Assembly (NCBI RefSeq): GCF_006345805.1
Contig: NC_042998.1
Location: 26,412,001 to 26,476,000 of the forward strand
Direction: 5' to 3'
Source: Octopus sinensis
Lineage: Eukaryota
DNA: 64,000 nucleotides
A program made the position numbers and the translations under genes. The notes beneath the pieces are model-generated. The model was not told where the DNA came from. It made no database searches and was given only the letters and a program-made list of their open reading frames with translations. Shown in pieces: positions 63,248 to 64,000 of the stretch; the first letter of the stretch is position 1; the number at the start of each line of letters is the position of its first letter.

Positions 63248-63300
<53 letters not shown>

Positions 63301-64000
63301 ATACATATCAAACTACATACACAGACATTCATGCACCCATACACATATTTGAAGTAGAAACTTGGAAATTTAAAGAAGAGAGTTTGGATCCTATTAACAG
63401 TGTTCCACTATTTTTAAAACGTATGTTGTCTTGTGATTATGACAGTAAAAATAAATCCTGCTGTCTACATTTAAAGATCTTATTATATGCAGGCATCTGA
63501 AGAACATACTTGACCTCAAGTGGATTATATGTGTGGTGAAATACACATTTCTCACTGACATTATACCTACTCCTGGGTCACTAAGTATATACACAATCTA
63601 GTGAGATGCTAACTTGCTGCCTATGAAGCAGGCAGAAATATAAAAAAAAAATGTTAATGTAGTGGGTTTCAGCAGTAAATAGTTTATTCTCGACAATTAT
63701 TATGTTGTACCAATAGCATTATACTGCACTAATATTTCTCTAGTTGAGTATTACATTTTATTGTCAGTAATTATATTATCATATTCACTTGCATTGAAAG
63801 AAAATAAAAACCACACTGAAATATGTGGATTTAAATCACTCAAGCATTTCTTTATTGAATGTGATTAAGTATATATTTTAGACAGATTATTCTTCCAAAC
63901 ATTTTAGTAAACCTAATAATAAAATTGTACTTTGGAAGGAAAACAGCTTTATGAAAAGTTTTTCTTTTTTTTATGTGTGTGTGTGTGTGTGTTTTTTTTT

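Overview
This is AT-rich eukaryotic (metazoan) genomic DNA that is mostly intronic or intergenic. The dense (TA)n/(TG)n microsatellites and the repeat families suggest an octopus or other coleoid cephalopod; that is my inference from recalling the repeats, not a search result. Most ORFs in the supplied track are artefacts of microsatellites and repeats. Contents: (1) many copies of three short interspersed families, namely two tRNA-headed SINE families (my labels S1, S3) and RTE-LINE 3' ends with (GAT)n tails, plus a few other tRNA-headed SINEs. (2) Decayed LINE fragments (RTE, CR1, L1/Tx1-like ORF1). (3) Non-autonomous DNA elements (hAT, piggyBac, Tc1/mariner, Helitron). (4) Several long fold-back hairpins beside (TA)n tracts. 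(5) A few small, phase-compatible plus-strand exons (best at 49471-50848) of a gene I cannot name. (6) The most interesting signal: about 13 minimal type-I hammerhead-ribozyme-like motifs from several repeat families on both strands. One has a canonical core and a roughly 97-nt extended stem II (22113-22236), and one lies in an element that also carries a tRNA-like Pol III head and flanking inverted repeats (57780-58114). These look like Penelope-like/retrozyme-type elements. Most individual copies are decayed and no activity is demonstrated. Repeat boundaries are read by eye and approximate.
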